Shown here piece after piece: positions 46,464-56,673 of a DNA stretch of 64,000 bases. How positions within the stretch are numbered: position 1 is the stretch's first letter; each line of letters opens with the position of its first letter. Source of the stretch: Verrucomicrobiales bacterium (GTDB taxonomy: Bacteria; Verrucomicrobiota; Verrucomicrobiia; Limisphaerales; UBA1100); the NCBI GenBank assembly GCA_005809105.1, contig SYLI01000048.1, forward strand, positions 555 to 64,554, read 5' to 3'. The translations under genes were made by a program, and so were the position numbers. The notes beneath the pieces were generated by a model. That model did no database searches. It had not been told where the DNA came from and saw nothing but the letters and a program-made list of their open reading frames with translations.

Positions 46464-48916
46464 AGTCTTCTTGGGCCCTGCTCGCCCTGCTGCTGGCTTC
46501 GGCCTGCGCGACGCTTCCCGACGGGGCGCCGCCTGTGGAGGCTTTGCGCATTTCCCCCGGAGCCGTGGTGCTTGAGCCAGGGGGCATCCACCAGCTTCTC
46601 GTGGAGGGCGATGCCGGGGGTGCTCCGGCCGACCTCACCGATTGGGCGCGATTTGAGACGGCGCCTGCATCGGTGGCCGCCTGCGACGCTCAGGGCCGGC
46701 TGCGCGCCCTTTCTCCCGGCGAGGCCGTGGTCACCGTGATGTATGGGAGCCTGCGAGGGTCTGTCCGCGTCACGGTGCAGCCTCGTCCCGCAGGACAGCC
46801 GCTCAGCTTTCTCAAGGACGTGCTGCCGGTGTTAAACAAGGCCGGATGCAACGCCGGCGCGTGCCACGCCAAGGCCGAGGGGCAGAACGGGTTCAAGCTC
46901 TCCATCTTCACCTACGATCCGCAGTCGGACTTCCGCGAGATTGTCGAAGACGCGCGCGGCCGCCGCGTGTTCCCCGCGCTGCCGGAGGAGAGCCTCATCG
47001 TGCAGAAGCCCACGCTCGCCGTGCCGCACGAGGGAGGCCAGAGGTTCGAGGTGGGATCGGGATCGCACCGCACGCTCGTGCAGTGGATTCGCGAGGGCAT
47101 GGTGTACCGCCGCCCGGACGAGCCGGAGTTGGAACGCATCACCGTGACGCCTGCGTCGCGGATCAGCCGCAAGGGCCGCACCCAGCGCCTGCGCGTGGAG
47201 GCGCATTATTCGGGCGGCATGACGCGCGACGTGACGCCGCTGGCCGACTTCATTTCCCAGGATGTCGAGCTGGCCACGGTGGACACCGCTGGCCGCGTGA
47301 GGGTGGGGGCGGCCACGGGAGAAGGGGTTGTCGTCGCTCGTTTCATGGGCCAGATGGCCGCGGCGCGATTCACGGTCGTGGCGGAAAATCCATTGCCGGC
47401 CGAACGCTACGCCGCGTTGCCGCGCAGTAATTTTCTGGATCCCCTCGCCATCGACGAATGGCGGCGGCTGGGCATCGCGCCCGCGGGGCCCTGCACCGAC
47501 GCGGAATTTTTGCGCCGCGCGTCGCTGGATGTCACCGGGCGGCTGCCGACCGTGGCGGAGGCGCGCGCATTTCTTGATGATGCCGACCCTCAAAAGCGCG
47601 TGCGGCTCGTGGACCGGCTTCTCGACGAGCCGGCCTACGCAGACTTCTGGGCGTCCAAGTGGGCCGATTTGCTGCGGCCCAATCCCGACCGCGTCGGCGT
47701 GAAGAGCGTGTACGTGCTCGACCAGTGGTTGCGCGAGGCGTTCGGGCGCAACCTGCCGATGGACCAGTTCGCCCGCGCGATCCTCACGGCGCAGGGCAGC
47801 ACCCATCGCGATGGCCCCACCGTGGTTTACCGCGACCGCCGTTCGCCTGCGGAGCTCACCACGATGTTCAGCCAGCTGTTCATGGGTGTGCGGCTGGAGT
47901 GCGCGCGCTGCCACAATCATCCGAACGAGAAGTGGACGCTGGGCGACTTCCACGGCATGGCCGCCAGTTTTGACGGCGTGCAACGCAAGGGCGATGGCAT
48001 CTCGCCGCCCATCTCTGGTGGCACGGAGTTTTTCTTCTCTGGCAGCCGTTCTGCCGTGACCCATCCGGTGACGGGCGCGACTCTGGCGCCCAAGCCGCCC
48101 GACGGCCCGGCCCCCGTGCTCGCCGCGGGCGCCGATGCGCGTGCGGCGTTTACACAATGGCTGCTGGCGCGAGACAACCCTTTCTTCGCGCGCGCCATGG
48201 TGAACCGCGTGTGGGGCGAACTCTTCGGCCGCGGGCTGGTGGAGCCGGTGGATGACTTCCGCACTTCCAACCCGCCGGTGCATGCGCCCTTGCTCGACGC
48301 GCTGGCGCGGCACTTCGCCGATCAGGGGTTCGACCAGAAGAAGCTGCTGCGCGTCATTCTTGCGTCTCGCCTCTACCAGCTTGGCTCGGTGCCAGGTGTC
48401 GGAGGTGGCCCCGTCGCCGAAGGCAAATGGTTTGCGCGCAGCCTGCGCCGCCAACTTGTTGCCGAAGTGCTACTCGATGCCGTGGGAGATCTCACGGGTG
48501 TGCCGGATGATTTTGCCGCCCTGCCGGCCGGCGCCCGCGCGATGGAGACGTGGAGCTACAAGATTGATTCGGATTTCCTCGACGCCTTTGGCCGGCCCAA
48601 TTCCAGCAGTGACCCACCGTGCGAGCGCAACGGCCGCGGCACCGTGGTGCAGTCGCTGCACCTCATGCATGCCGATCGGCTCAACGCCCGCATCGGCCAC
48701 GAACGCGGCCGCGCCCGCCAGCTCGCCGAGAGCAACCGCCCCCCCGTGGAAGTGGTCGAGGAACTCTATCTGGCGGCGTACAGCCGGCGACCCTCGACGG
48801 AAGAACTCAAGGCCGCAGAGGCGCACTTCGCCAAGCATGCCGCGCGCAAGCGCGAGGCCGTGGAAGACCTGGTGTGGGCGCTGGTCAACTCGGCGGAGTT
48901 CATCCTCAATCACTAG
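46460..48916 (+). CDS. Big_2 / DUF1549 (PSCyt2) / DUF1553 (PSD1) protein
   Basis: ATGA overlap with the upstream stop. Lipoprotein-like leader LLLASAC. LNKAGCNAGACHA, DAEFLRRASLDVTGRLPT, LECARCHNHPNEKW, and a DUF1553-like C-terminal third. Confidence 0.85.
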   Translation: MKSSWALLALLLASACATLPDGAPPVEALRISPGAVVLEPGGIHQLLVEGDAGGAPADLTDWARFETAPASVAACDAQGRLRALSPGEAVVTVMYGSLRGSVRVTVQPRPAGQPLSFLKDVLPVLNKAGCNAGACHAKAEGQNGFKLSIFTYDPQSDFREIVEDARGRRVFPALPEESLIVQKPTLAVPHEGGQRFEVGSGSHRTLVQWIREGMVYRRPDEPELERITVTPASRISRKGRTQRLRVEAHYSGGMTRDVTPLADFISQDVELATVDTAGRVRVGAATGEGVVVARFMGQMAAARFTVVAENPLPAERYAALPRSNFLDPLAIDEWRRLGIAPAGPCTDAEFLRRASLDVTGRLPTVAEARAFLDDADPQKRVRLVDRLLDEPAYADFWASKWADLLRPNPDRVGVKSVYVLDQWLREAFGRNLPMDQFARAILTAQGSTHRDGPTVVYRDRRSPAELTTMFSQLFMGVRLECARCHNHPNEKWTLGDFHGMAASFDGVQRKGDGISPPISGGTEFFFSGSRSAVTHPVTGATLAPKPPDGPAPVLAAGADARAAFTQWLLARDNPFFARAMVNRVWGELFGRGLVEPVDDFRTSNPPVHAPLLDALARHFADQGFDQKKLLRVILASRLYQLGSVPGVGGGPVAEGKWFARSLRRQLVAEVLLDAVGDLTGVPDDFAALPAGARAMETWSYKIDSDFLDAFGRPNSSSDPPCERNGRGTVVQSLHLMHADRLNARIGHERGRARQLAESNRPPVEVVEELYLAAYSRRPSTEELKAAEAHFAKHAARKREAVEDLVWALVNSAEFILNH

Positions 48917-49670
48917 GGTCTGTGGCCTGCAGCCGCTGCAGCAGCGCTGCGTAGGCGCCGCGCCAGTCAAATCCCGACGGACCCTCGCAATGCCAGCCGA
49001 TCTGCTGCACGTGGTCGGCCGCCCACTCGGCGCAACGCTCACCCCAGCCTGCGGAGGCGACCGACACCAGCCCATCGTTGGCGCCCTCGCGTTCCCGCAC
49101 CAAGTCATGGCACAGCCGCAGGGGCAACAGCGTGTGGTCGCGCGCGGCGTCGCCCGCGATGGAAAAATAGCGCACCCCGGCGGCGTCCGGCGTGGCGAGG
49201 TTGAACGCGGCACACGGCTGCGTGCACAGATCCAGAAACGCCTGCTGGTCCACCGGCGAGAGCTCCAGGAGCCGGAAGACGCCGGTTCTCCTCGCCTGAG
49301 CCACCGCCCAGTCGGCGACGGGCGAGCCGCGGTGCGGCGTGCCGATGGTGGTGAGGCTCAAGACCCGCGTCGCCATGTCCAGATGGGTAATCATGTGCCG
49401 CGCATCGAGCCCGCCCATGCTGTGCGCGATGAGATGCACAGGGCGAGTCCCCACGGCCCGTCCAAGTTGTTCCATTAACACATTTGCGCGGCGCGCCACC
49501 GACGCCAGTCCGGGCACCTCCACTAGGTGCACCTCGTTGCCGGAGGCGCGCAGCCAGCCGGGAATCTGGTTGAAATAATCCACCCAACGCAGGCGCTGCA
49601 CAAACACCTGGGTGAGTCCGAGCATGCCGTGGACCAGCACGAGCGGTGCCTGAAGTCGCGGTGCCTGCAT
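48906..49670 (-). CDS. alpha/beta-fold lipase/esterase
   Basis: PLVLVHGMLG, IAHSMGGLDARH, GTPHRGSP. Its 3' end overlaps the convergent DUF1553 gene by 11 nt. Confidence 0.75.
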   Translation of the reverse strand: MQAPRLQAPLVLVHGMLGLTQVFVQRLRWVDYFNQIPGWLRASGNEVHLVEVPGLASVARRANVLMEQLGRAVGTRPVHLIAHSMGGLDARHMITHLDMATRVLSLTTIGTPHRGSPVADWAVAQARRTGVFRLLELSPVDQQAFLDLCTQPCAAFNLATPDAAGVRYFSIAGDAARDHTLLPLRLCHDLVREREGANDGLVSVASAGWGERCAEWAADHVQQIGWHCEGPSGFDWRGAYAALLQRLQATDPSD

Positions 49671-49770
49671 GGCGCGAACCGTACCGCCGGGGCACCGGGC
49701 GCGGCAAGTACAGGCAACTAGTGAATGCCTTCTTGGGGCGCGGCGTCGGAGGTCGCAGCATTATTCAAGG

Positions 49771-51105
49771 ATGATTCCGACATTGAAACACCATTTCGGC
49801 GGGCCATCGCGGCGCGACTTCCTGCAGCTGGGACTGGGCGGAGGGCTGGGTTTGGGGTTCGCCGACATGCTGCGGCTGCGCGCGGCGGAGGCTTCTGCGG
49901 GCACGCGCGCAACGGCAACCAATTGCATCCTCCTTTGGCTGGATGGCGGGCCCTCCCATTACGAGACGTTTGATCCCAAGCCCGACGCCCCCAAGGAAAT
50001 CCGCGGCGAGTTTGGCGCGGTCAAGACGGCCGTGCCGGGCATTCAGTTTTGCGAGAAGGTGCCGAAGCTGGCGGGCGTGGCGGACAAGCTGTCCATCGTG
50101 CGTTCCATCTGGCACAAGGATCCCAATCACGGCGGGGGCAATCATTACATGATGACGGGCCGGCCCACGCCCGTGCCGGTCAACTGCGGCGCCTTTGTCA
50201 CTTTCCATCCGTCGTTGGGCTCGATGGTTTCGCACGCAAGGGGCACACGGCAGGGTCTGCCGGCCTACGCGTCCATTGGTGCGATGAGCCGCTCGGGCGG
50301 CCCGAATTTTCTGGGCGCACAGCACGCGCCCTTTGTCATCGAGGGCGATCCCAATGCGGCGGGGTTCAAGGTGCGCGACGTGGTGCTTCCCCGGGGCATC
50401 AGCGAAGCGCGCGCGGAGGATCGCCGGACGTTGCGCAGCCAGGTGGATCGGCTTCAGCGCATCGCCGACCATGTGGCGAGGGATCCGGCCGTGAGCTTCG
50501 ACCAGTTCAACGCACAAGGGGTGGATCTGGTGACGTCGGCTCCGGCGCAGGCGGCCTTTGACCTCGCTCGTGAGGACGCGAAGGTGCGCGATGCGTACGG
50601 CCGCACCGACCTTGGCCAGCGGCTGCTGCTGGCGCGCCGGCTGGTGGAGGTGGGCGTGTCCTTCGTCACGGTGTACTACGGCGGCTGGGACCATCACACC
50701 GACATTTTCAAAACGCTCGGCGGGCCCTTCATGCAGAAATTCGATCAGGGGCTGGCGGCGCTCATCGGCGACCTTGACGCGCGCGGCATGCTCGACCGCA
50801 CGCTGGTGGTTTGCCTGGGTGAATTTGGCCGCACGCCCAAGGTGAACAAGGGCGGCGGGCGCGACCACTGGCCCGGTGCGATGTCGGTGCTCATGGCGGG
50901 CGCGGGCGTTCCGCGCGGTCGTGTCATCGGCGCCACCGACGCCAAGGGGTATTACGCGGCGCAGGATGTGTACTCGCCGGAGGACTTTGCCGCGTCGGTC
51001 TACCTCAAGCTGGGCATCGACCCTGCGCAGGTGCTGCACACCAGCACGGGTCGGCCGGTGCAATTGGTGGACGGCGGTCGGCGCATCAAAGAACTCTTCG
51101 CCTGA
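49771..51105 (+). CDS. DUF1501 protein (fourth copy in window), TAT signal
   Basis: SRRDFLQLGLGGGLGLG, ILLWLDGGPSHYETFDPKPDAP, CLGEFGRTPKVNKGGGRDHW. Confidence 0.85.
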   Translation: MIPTLKHHFGGPSRRDFLQLGLGGGLGLGFADMLRLRAAEASAGTRATATNCILLWLDGGPSHYETFDPKPDAPKEIRGEFGAVKTAVPGIQFCEKVPKLAGVADKLSIVRSIWHKDPNHGGGNHYMMTGRPTPVPVNCGAFVTFHPSLGSMVSHARGTRQGLPAYASIGAMSRSGGPNFLGAQHAPFVIEGDPNAAGFKVRDVVLPRGISEARAEDRRTLRSQVDRLQRIADHVARDPAVSFDQFNAQGVDLVTSAPAQAAFDLAREDAKVRDAYGRTDLGQRLLLARRLVEVGVSFVTVYYGGWDHHTDIFKTLGGPFMQKFDQGLAALIGDLDARGMLDRTLVVCLGEFGRTPKVNKGGGRDHWPGAMSVLMAGAGVPRGRVIGATDAKGYYAAQDVYSPEDFAASVYLKLGIDPAQVLHTSTGRPVQLVDGGRRIKELFA

Positions 51106-52778
51106 TGCACCGCGCCGTGATGGTGGCTGCGGTGGTGATGCTCCACGCGGCTCTGGGCGCGCCGCCGGTGGTGCAGTCCCTCTTCCCCATCGGCGGCCAG
51201 CGCGGCACGGAAGTGGTCGCGCAGGTCTCAGGCACCCTCGATCCCTGGCCCCTCGCGGCGTGGGCCGATCATCCGGGAATCCGCATTTCTCCCGACCCAA
51301 TGAAGAAGGGCTTTTACAAGATTGGGCTGGCGCCGGACACGCCGCCGGGCCCCCATCTGCTGCGCTTTCACAATGCCCACGGGGCCTCATCGCCGCGCGT
51401 CTTTCTGGTGGGCACGGCTCCCGACTTGCCGGAAGTGGAGCCCAATGATGCGTTTGGCGCGGCGCAATCCGTCACCAATCTGCCCGTCGTCATCCATGGA
51501 AAGCTGGAGAAGAATGGCGACGTGGACTCGTACAAGATTGGGTTGAAGGCGGGGCAAACCTTGGTTGCGGCCGTGGACGCCTTCACCGCGGGTTCGCCGA
51601 TGGACGCGCTGCTCACCCTTCGCGACGAACGCGGCTCGCGCGTTGCGTTTAATCACGACGCGCACTCGCTGGATCCGCGCCTCATCTGGCCGTGCCGCCG
51701 CGAGGGGGTGTATCTGCTGCAGATTGCGGCCTTCGCCCATCCGGCCAGCAGCAGTGTGGGTTTTTCCGGCGGCGCGGCGCATGTGTATCGCCTCACTGTC
51801 ACCCAAGGCCCGTACGTGTCGCACGCGCTACCCATGGGAGTGACGCGCGGCCAGCCTGCGAAGGTGGAGTTGCGAGGATGGAATCTGGCACCCGCGACCT
51901 TCCTCGATGTGGCACCGACAGGTGGCGACGAGGTGCTGCTAGGGAGCGCGGCCGTGAACGCGCCCCTGCGCCTGCCCGCACGCGCGGGTGCCCACGGCGT
52001 GGAGACCGAGCCCAACGACGCCGCGTTGCCTGCGCAGGCTTTTACGCCGCCGGGGTCGGTGACCGGTTGCATCAGCCACGACGGCGACGTGGATCGCGTG
52101 GCCTTCCGGGCGGTGCGCGGGCAGGGGCTGTTTCTGGATCTGCGATCGGGCCGCGAGGGATTCCTGCTCGACGGCAGGCTCGCCATCGAGGATGGCAATG
52201 GAACGGTTCTGGCCAGCGACGACGACAGCGGCGGGCGCAAGGATCCGCAGCTCAATTGGACGGCTCCCGCGGATGGCGTGTACTTTGCGGTGGTCACCGA
52301 TTTGTTTAATCATGGCGGGCCAGAGCACGTGTACCGGCTGGGAATCGCGGGGCCTGAGCCGGATTTTTCAGCCACGGTCGCCGCGCCCAATTATGTCGTC
52401 GAACCGGGCAGGACAAATGACGTGAAAGTCACCGTCCGGATGTCCGGCGGATTTGGCGGCAAACTTTGGCTGGCCGCGGCGGGATTGCCAGCGGGGGTCA
52501 GCGCACTGCCCGTGGACATTTCCAAGGCGGGGGAAGCCACCCTCAAACTGGTGGCGGCTGTGGGGGCCGCGCCCGCCAGCGGAGAATGGCGCATGGAACT
52601 GCGGCAGGCCGAGGGCAACCAGACGCGGCGAGCGACGTGCGAACTCACGAGCTCAAGCGTGGACAACGGCGTGCCGCAGGGGTTTCCCGACCTCGTCATC
52701 CGACAGACCGACCGGCTTTGGATTTCGCTCACGCCTCCCGCTCCTGCGCCCACGGCTCCACCGGCAAAGACGCCCTGA
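51105..52778 (+). CDS. secreted protein with two pre-peptidase C-terminal (PPC)-like domains
   Basis: TGATG overlap with the DUF1501 stop. EVEPNDAFGAAQSV..GDVDSYKIGLKAGQTL and ETEPNDAALPAQAF..GDVDRVAFRAVRGQ..DDDSGG. Confidence 0.65.
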   Translation: MHRAVMVAAVVMLHAALGAPPVVQSLFPIGGQRGTEVVAQVSGTLDPWPLAAWADHPGIRISPDPMKKGFYKIGLAPDTPPGPHLLRFHNAHGASSPRVFLVGTAPDLPEVEPNDAFGAAQSVTNLPVVIHGKLEKNGDVDSYKIGLKAGQTLVAAVDAFTAGSPMDALLTLRDERGSRVAFNHDAHSLDPRLIWPCRREGVYLLQIAAFAHPASSSVGFSGGAAHVYRLTVTQGPYVSHALPMGVTRGQPAKVELRGWNLAPATFLDVAPTGGDEVLLGSAAVNAPLRLPARAGAHGVETEPNDAALPAQAFTPPGSVTGCISHDGDVDRVAFRAVRGQGLFLDLRSGREGFLLDGRLAIEDGNGTVLASDDDSGGRKDPQLNWTAPADGVYFAVVTDLFNHGGPEHVYRLGIAGPEPDFSATVAAPNYVVEPGRTNDVKVTVRMSGGFGGKLWLAAAGLPAGVSALPVDISKAGEATLKLVAAVGAAPASGEWRMELRQAEGNQTRRATCELTSSSVDNGVPQGFPDLVIRQTDRLWISLTPPAPAPTAPPAKTP

Positions 52779-52870
52779 GGGTGCGTGGGCCGCAAGGGCG
52801 GTTCGTCGTTCGGCTGTTGCTCAAAAGGGGCCAACTCGGATAGCCTACAGGGGCAATCCCAAGGCACGTC

Positions 52871-54274
52871 ATGAGAATCCTCATCTTCCTCCTGCTGGCT
52901 TCGAAGTCGTGGCTGCTGCCTGCCGCCCCTCCCAACCTGGTCTTTCTCCTCGCCGACGACATGCGCGCGGACACCATCGCCGCGCTGGGCAACCGGCACA
53001 TCCGCACGCCTCATCTGGACCGGCTGGTGCGTGAGGGCACGGCGTTTGGGCGCGCGTACATCATGGGAAGCATGCAGGGCGCGGTGTGTGTTCCATCGCG
53101 GGCGATGATGATGAGCGGCCGGCCGCTCTTTAGCGTCTCCTCAGCGCTCAAGGACACGGTGACATGGCCCATGACGCTGCGGGGGGGCGGCTACGAAACG
53201 TTTGGATGCGGCAAGTGGCACAACGGTGCGGCATCGTTCGCGGCGACCTTTCCCAATGGCCGGAGCGTGTTTCTGGGCGGCATGGCCGACCCTTTCAAGT
53301 TGCCCGTGCAGGACGTGGGGCCCGGCGGCAAGATGGTGAACCCTCGCACAAACGAGGCGCATTCAAGCGTGCTCTTCGCGGGCCAGGCGGCGGCGTTCCT
53401 GAGGGAGCAAAAGGGGGCTTCCAAGCCCTTTGCGCTCTACGTTGCCTTCACCGCACCTCATGATCCACGGCGGGCGCCGGCGGAGTTTCATGCGCAGTCC
53501 AACGCCGCCAAGCCGCCGCTGCCCGGCAACTTCCTGCCGGAGCATCCGTTTAACAACGGCGAGATGACCGTACGTGACGAGCAACTGCTGCCCTGGCCGC
53601 GCACCGCGGAGGCCGTGCGCCAGGAACTGGCCGACTACTACGCCGTCATCACGCATCTGGATTCGCAGATTGGCGTGGTGCTCGACGCGTTGCAGGCCAC
53701 CGGGCGGGCAGGGGAGACCGTCGTCATCTTTGCCGCGGACAACGGGCTGGCACTGGGCAGCCACGGCCTCATGGGCAAACAAAATCTCTACGAGCATTCA
53801 ATGCGCGTGCCGCTCATCATCGGCGGGCCTGGCCTTCCAAAGGGGCGCACCACCGACGCCCTGTGCTACCTCTTCGATCTCTTCCCAACCCTGTGTGAGC
53901 TGGCGCAAGTGCGCGTGCCCGCCTCGGTGCAGGGCCGCAGCCTTCTCCCCGTTCTCAAGGAGGGGAAGGCCGTGTTCCGGGAATCCATTTTCACCGCCTA
54001 CAGCGCCGAACAGCGCGCTCTTACCGGGGATCGCTACAAGCTCATCCGCTACACGCACATCAACAAGTCCCAGCTCTTCGACCTCAAGTCCGATCCACAG
54101 GAGACCCGCGATCTGGCGGCCGAGCCTGCGCATCAGGCGCGGCTGGCCGCGATGATGCAGGGGCTTGGCGAGGCGCAGAAGCGTTACGCAGATGCACGTC
54201 CCCTCTCGACCGACACGCCCGCACCCTTGCGCGTTCCGCTTCAAAAACCGCCGCGCGGCAAGGGCGGGGACTAG
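52871..54274 (+). CDS. sulfatase (formylglycine-dependent arylsulfatase family)
   Basis: Signal peptide present. NLVFLLADDMRAD, the C-x-P-x-R motif in GAVCVPSRAMMMSGR, GKWH, and FAADNGLALGSHGLMGKQNLYE. Confidence 0.9.
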   Translation: MRILIFLLLASKSWLLPAAPPNLVFLLADDMRADTIAALGNRHIRTPHLDRLVREGTAFGRAYIMGSMQGAVCVPSRAMMMSGRPLFSVSSALKDTVTWPMTLRGGGYETFGCGKWHNGAASFAATFPNGRSVFLGGMADPFKLPVQDVGPGGKMVNPRTNEAHSSVLFAGQAAAFLREQKGASKPFALYVAFTAPHDPRRAPAEFHAQSNAAKPPLPGNFLPEHPFNNGEMTVRDEQLLPWPRTAEAVRQELADYYAVITHLDSQIGVVLDALQATGRAGETVVIFAADNGLALGSHGLMGKQNLYEHSMRVPLIIGGPGLPKGRTTDALCYLFDLFPTLCELAQVRVPASVQGRSLLPVLKEGKAVFRESIFTAYSAEQRALTGDRYKLIRYTHINKSQLFDLKSDPQETRDLAAEPAHQARLAAMMQGLGEAQKRYADARPLSTDTPAPLRVPLQKPPRGKGGD

Positions 54275-54322
54275 GGCGCTTGCCGGGCGCCGGTTGTGCC
54301 GGTAACGTGGCCGCGCAACTAG

Positions 54323-55255
54323 ATGAGCATGACGGGCAAGAGAGGCGTCGCCCTGCGCCTCGAGGGGGTTAGCAAGACTTTCGGCACGCACACGGCCGTC
54401 AGATGCCTTTCGCTGGAGGTGCCCGCCGGGGCGATCTACGGGTTTATCGGCCCCAACGGCTCGGGCAAGACCACCACGCTTCGCATGATCCTGCACATTG
54501 TGCTGCCGGATGCGGGAGTGGTGGAAGTGCTGGGCGCTCGCGGCACCCGCTCGGCCAACGATCGCCTCGGCTACCTGCCCGAGGAGCGCGGGCTCTACCG
54601 CAAGATGAGCGTGCGCCGCGTGCTGGCCTATCAGGCGGCACTTAAAGGGATGGGCTGCGCGGCGGCGCGCGAATCCATCGACCACTGGCTGGGGCGGATG
54701 GGACTGGCGGCGTGGGCCGATCACAAGGTCGAGGCTCTTTCTAAAGGCATGGCGCAGAAAATCCAGTTCATCGCTGCGGTGGTGGCCAAGCCGGAGCTGC
54801 TGATTCTCGACGAGCCCTTCTCGGGGCTCGATCCGGTGAACCTGGACGTGCTGCGCGAAGCCATACTGGATTTGGCCCGCCAGGGCACCACCATCCTCTT
54901 CTCCACGCATGACATGGCGATGGCCGAGCAGATGTGCGACTTCATCTTCATGATCCACAAGGGCCGCAAGGTGCTCGACGGCACGCTTACTGCCATCCAG
55001 TCACAGCACGGCGCCGATCGCGTGCGGGTGCGCGTGGAGGGCGGTGCGGCGGCGCTGCACGGGCTGGAGGGCGCGCAGGTCATCCGCGACCTTGGACAGA
55101 TGCAGGAGCTTCACTGCGCGGGGGATCCGCAGGAGTTGCTGCGGGCGCTGGTTGCGCGCGCGCGCGTGCATCAGTTTGAAATCTCCAAGCCCTCGCTCCA
55201 CGACATTTTTGTCAGCATCGCGAGGCCCGACTCGGCGGAGGGCGGCCATGCGTAA
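54323..55255 (+). CDS. ABC transporter ATP-binding protein (ABC-2/NatA-like)
   Basis: Walker A GPNGSGKTT, signature LSKGMAQK, Walker B LLILDEPFSGLD, and H-loop STHDM. Confidence 0.9.
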   Translation: MSMTGKRGVALRLEGVSKTFGTHTAVRCLSLEVPAGAIYGFIGPNGSGKTTTLRMILHIVLPDAGVVEVLGARGTRSANDRLGYLPEERGLYRKMSVRRVLAYQAALKGMGCAAARESIDHWLGRMGLAAWADHKVEALSKGMAQKIQFIAAVVAKPELLILDEPFSGLDPVNLDVLREAILDLARQGTTILFSTHDMAMAEQMCDFIFMIHKGRKVLDGTLTAIQSQHGADRVRVRVEGGAAALHGLEGAQVIRDLGQMQELHCAGDPQELLRALVARARVHQFEISKPSLHDIFVSIARPDSAEGGHA

Positions 55256-56549
55256 GGTCTGGTGTGTCGCGGCCACGGAGTATCAAACGGCCGTGCGCAG
55301 CAAGGCGTTCATCATGGGTTTGCTCGCGCTGCCGCTCATGATCGGGCTGAGCATCGGCCTGCAGGCCCTCGCCAAGCGGCAGACGGATCTGAACGACCGC
55401 CGGTTTGTCGTGGTGGATCGCACCGGCGTGCTCTATCCGCGCATTGAGGCGCGCGCGCAGCAGCGGAACGAATTCCTGAAGCAGATGGGCACCAATGGCT
55501 CGCCGCGACCTGCGTTCGTGCCCGAGGCGTACGCGCCCGTGGACGATGCCCGGGCCGAGGCCATCCTGTCCGATCGCATCCGGAAGAAGCAGATCGCCGC
55601 CTTCCTCATCATCGGGCGCGACGTGGTGGAGCCCAAGGCGGGTGCCGACGCCGCGCTGGCCTACCACGCGCAGGCGCAGACCTTCAATGAACTGCCCGAC
55701 TGGCTGGGGCAGGTGTTAAATGAGGAGATTCACCGGTTGCGGTACGTGCAGGCGGGCGTTGATCCGGCCCTGTTACAGCGGCTGGGCCAGCAGGTGCCGG
55801 TGCGGCGGCTGGGATTGGCGACGGTCGATCCGACCGGGCGGTTGATCCCGGCCAAGGAGGAGAGCCGCGCCGCGGCACTGGTGCTGCCGATGGGCGCGAT
55901 GCTGCTGCTCTACATGCTCATCATGTCCGCCGCGCCGGCGCTGCTCAACACGGTGCTCGAGGAGAAGATGCAGAAGATTTCCGAGGTGCTCATCGCAACG
56001 GTGTCGCCCTTCCGGTTGATGCTGGGAAAGCTGCTAGGTTGCGTGATGGTGTCGATGTCGCTGGGGGTCCTGTATCTGGGGGCGGCCCTCTACATGCTCT
56101 CGCGCCACGACATGCTCGACAGGGTGCCGCCGCATTTCTTTGCGTGGTTCCTGCTTTTCCAGGTTCTGGGGCTGCTCATGTACGGCTCGGTGTTCTCGGC
56201 CATCGGCGCCTCGTGCAACGAACTCAAGGATGCACAGAACCTGATGCTGCCGGTGATGCTCCTCATCATGATTCCCTTCTTCGTCTGGTTGCCCATCGCC
56301 GAGTCGCCCAACAGCCCGTTCGCCCGGTGGATTTCGCTGTTCCCCCCCGCCACGCCCTCGCTGATGATGCTGCGCATCGCCATTGCGCCGGGGCCACCGC
56401 TGTGGGAAATCCTGCTCGGCTTGGCGCTGACGCTGGCCTTCACGCTCTGCTGCGTCTGGGCAGGGGGCAAGGTTTTCCGCATCGGCATCCTTTCCCAGGG
56501 GCAATCACCCACCCTCGGCCGCTTGCTGCGCTGGATCGCCGCGAAGTGA
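55248..56549 (+). CDS. ABC-2-type permease (NatB-like, large extracytoplasmic loop)
   Basis: The start overlaps the ATPase stop by 8 nt. One N-terminal TM, an approximately 170-aa loop, then 5 TM helices. Confidence 0.75.
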   Translation: MRKVWCVAATEYQTAVRSKAFIMGLLALPLMIGLSIGLQALAKRQTDLNDRRFVVVDRTGVLYPRIEARAQQRNEFLKQMGTNGSPRPAFVPEAYAPVDDARAEAILSDRIRKKQIAAFLIIGRDVVEPKAGADAALAYHAQAQTFNELPDWLGQVLNEEIHRLRYVQAGVDPALLQRLGQQVPVRRLGLATVDPTGRLIPAKEESRAAALVLPMGAMLLLYMLIMSAAPALLNTVLEEKMQKISEVLIATVSPFRLMLGKLLGCVMVSMSLGVLYLGAALYMLSRHDMLDRVPPHFFAWFLLFQVLGLLMYGSVFSAIGASCNELKDAQNLMLPVMLLIMIPFFVWLPIAESPNSPFARWISLFPPATPSLMMLRIAIAPGPPLWEILLGLALTLAFTLCCVWAGGKVFRIGILSQGQSPTLGRLLRWIAAK

Positions 56550-56673
56550 CGGGGCGCCGGGCAAGTTCGCCCTTGTTTCAGCATGGGGCCCGACTATAGT
56601 AGGCTGGCCTGCATGTCACTCCCCTTGTGGGGAACCGTTGCTGGCCATCGCCCAAGCTGTGTTTTTTTACCCC

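Noticed and set aside
49765-51390. 541-aa minus-strand ORF
   Set aside because: It is antisense to the fourth DUF1501 gene and the start of the PPC-domain gene, with shadow-frame composition.
53798-54958. 386-aa minus-strand ORF spanning the sulfatase 3' end and the ABC ATPase 5' half
   Set aside because: Both + strand genes carry unambiguous motifs (C-x-P-x-R sulfatase; Walker A/B). The minus frame crosses an intergenic region and has shadow composition.
56550-56673. Possible Moco riboswitch or other leader upstream of the Mo-enzyme operon
   Set aside because: I found no recognisable conserved Moco-motif elements by eye. There is only a weak 5-bp hairpin after the ABC permease stop. The region is too short and too poorly structured to call.
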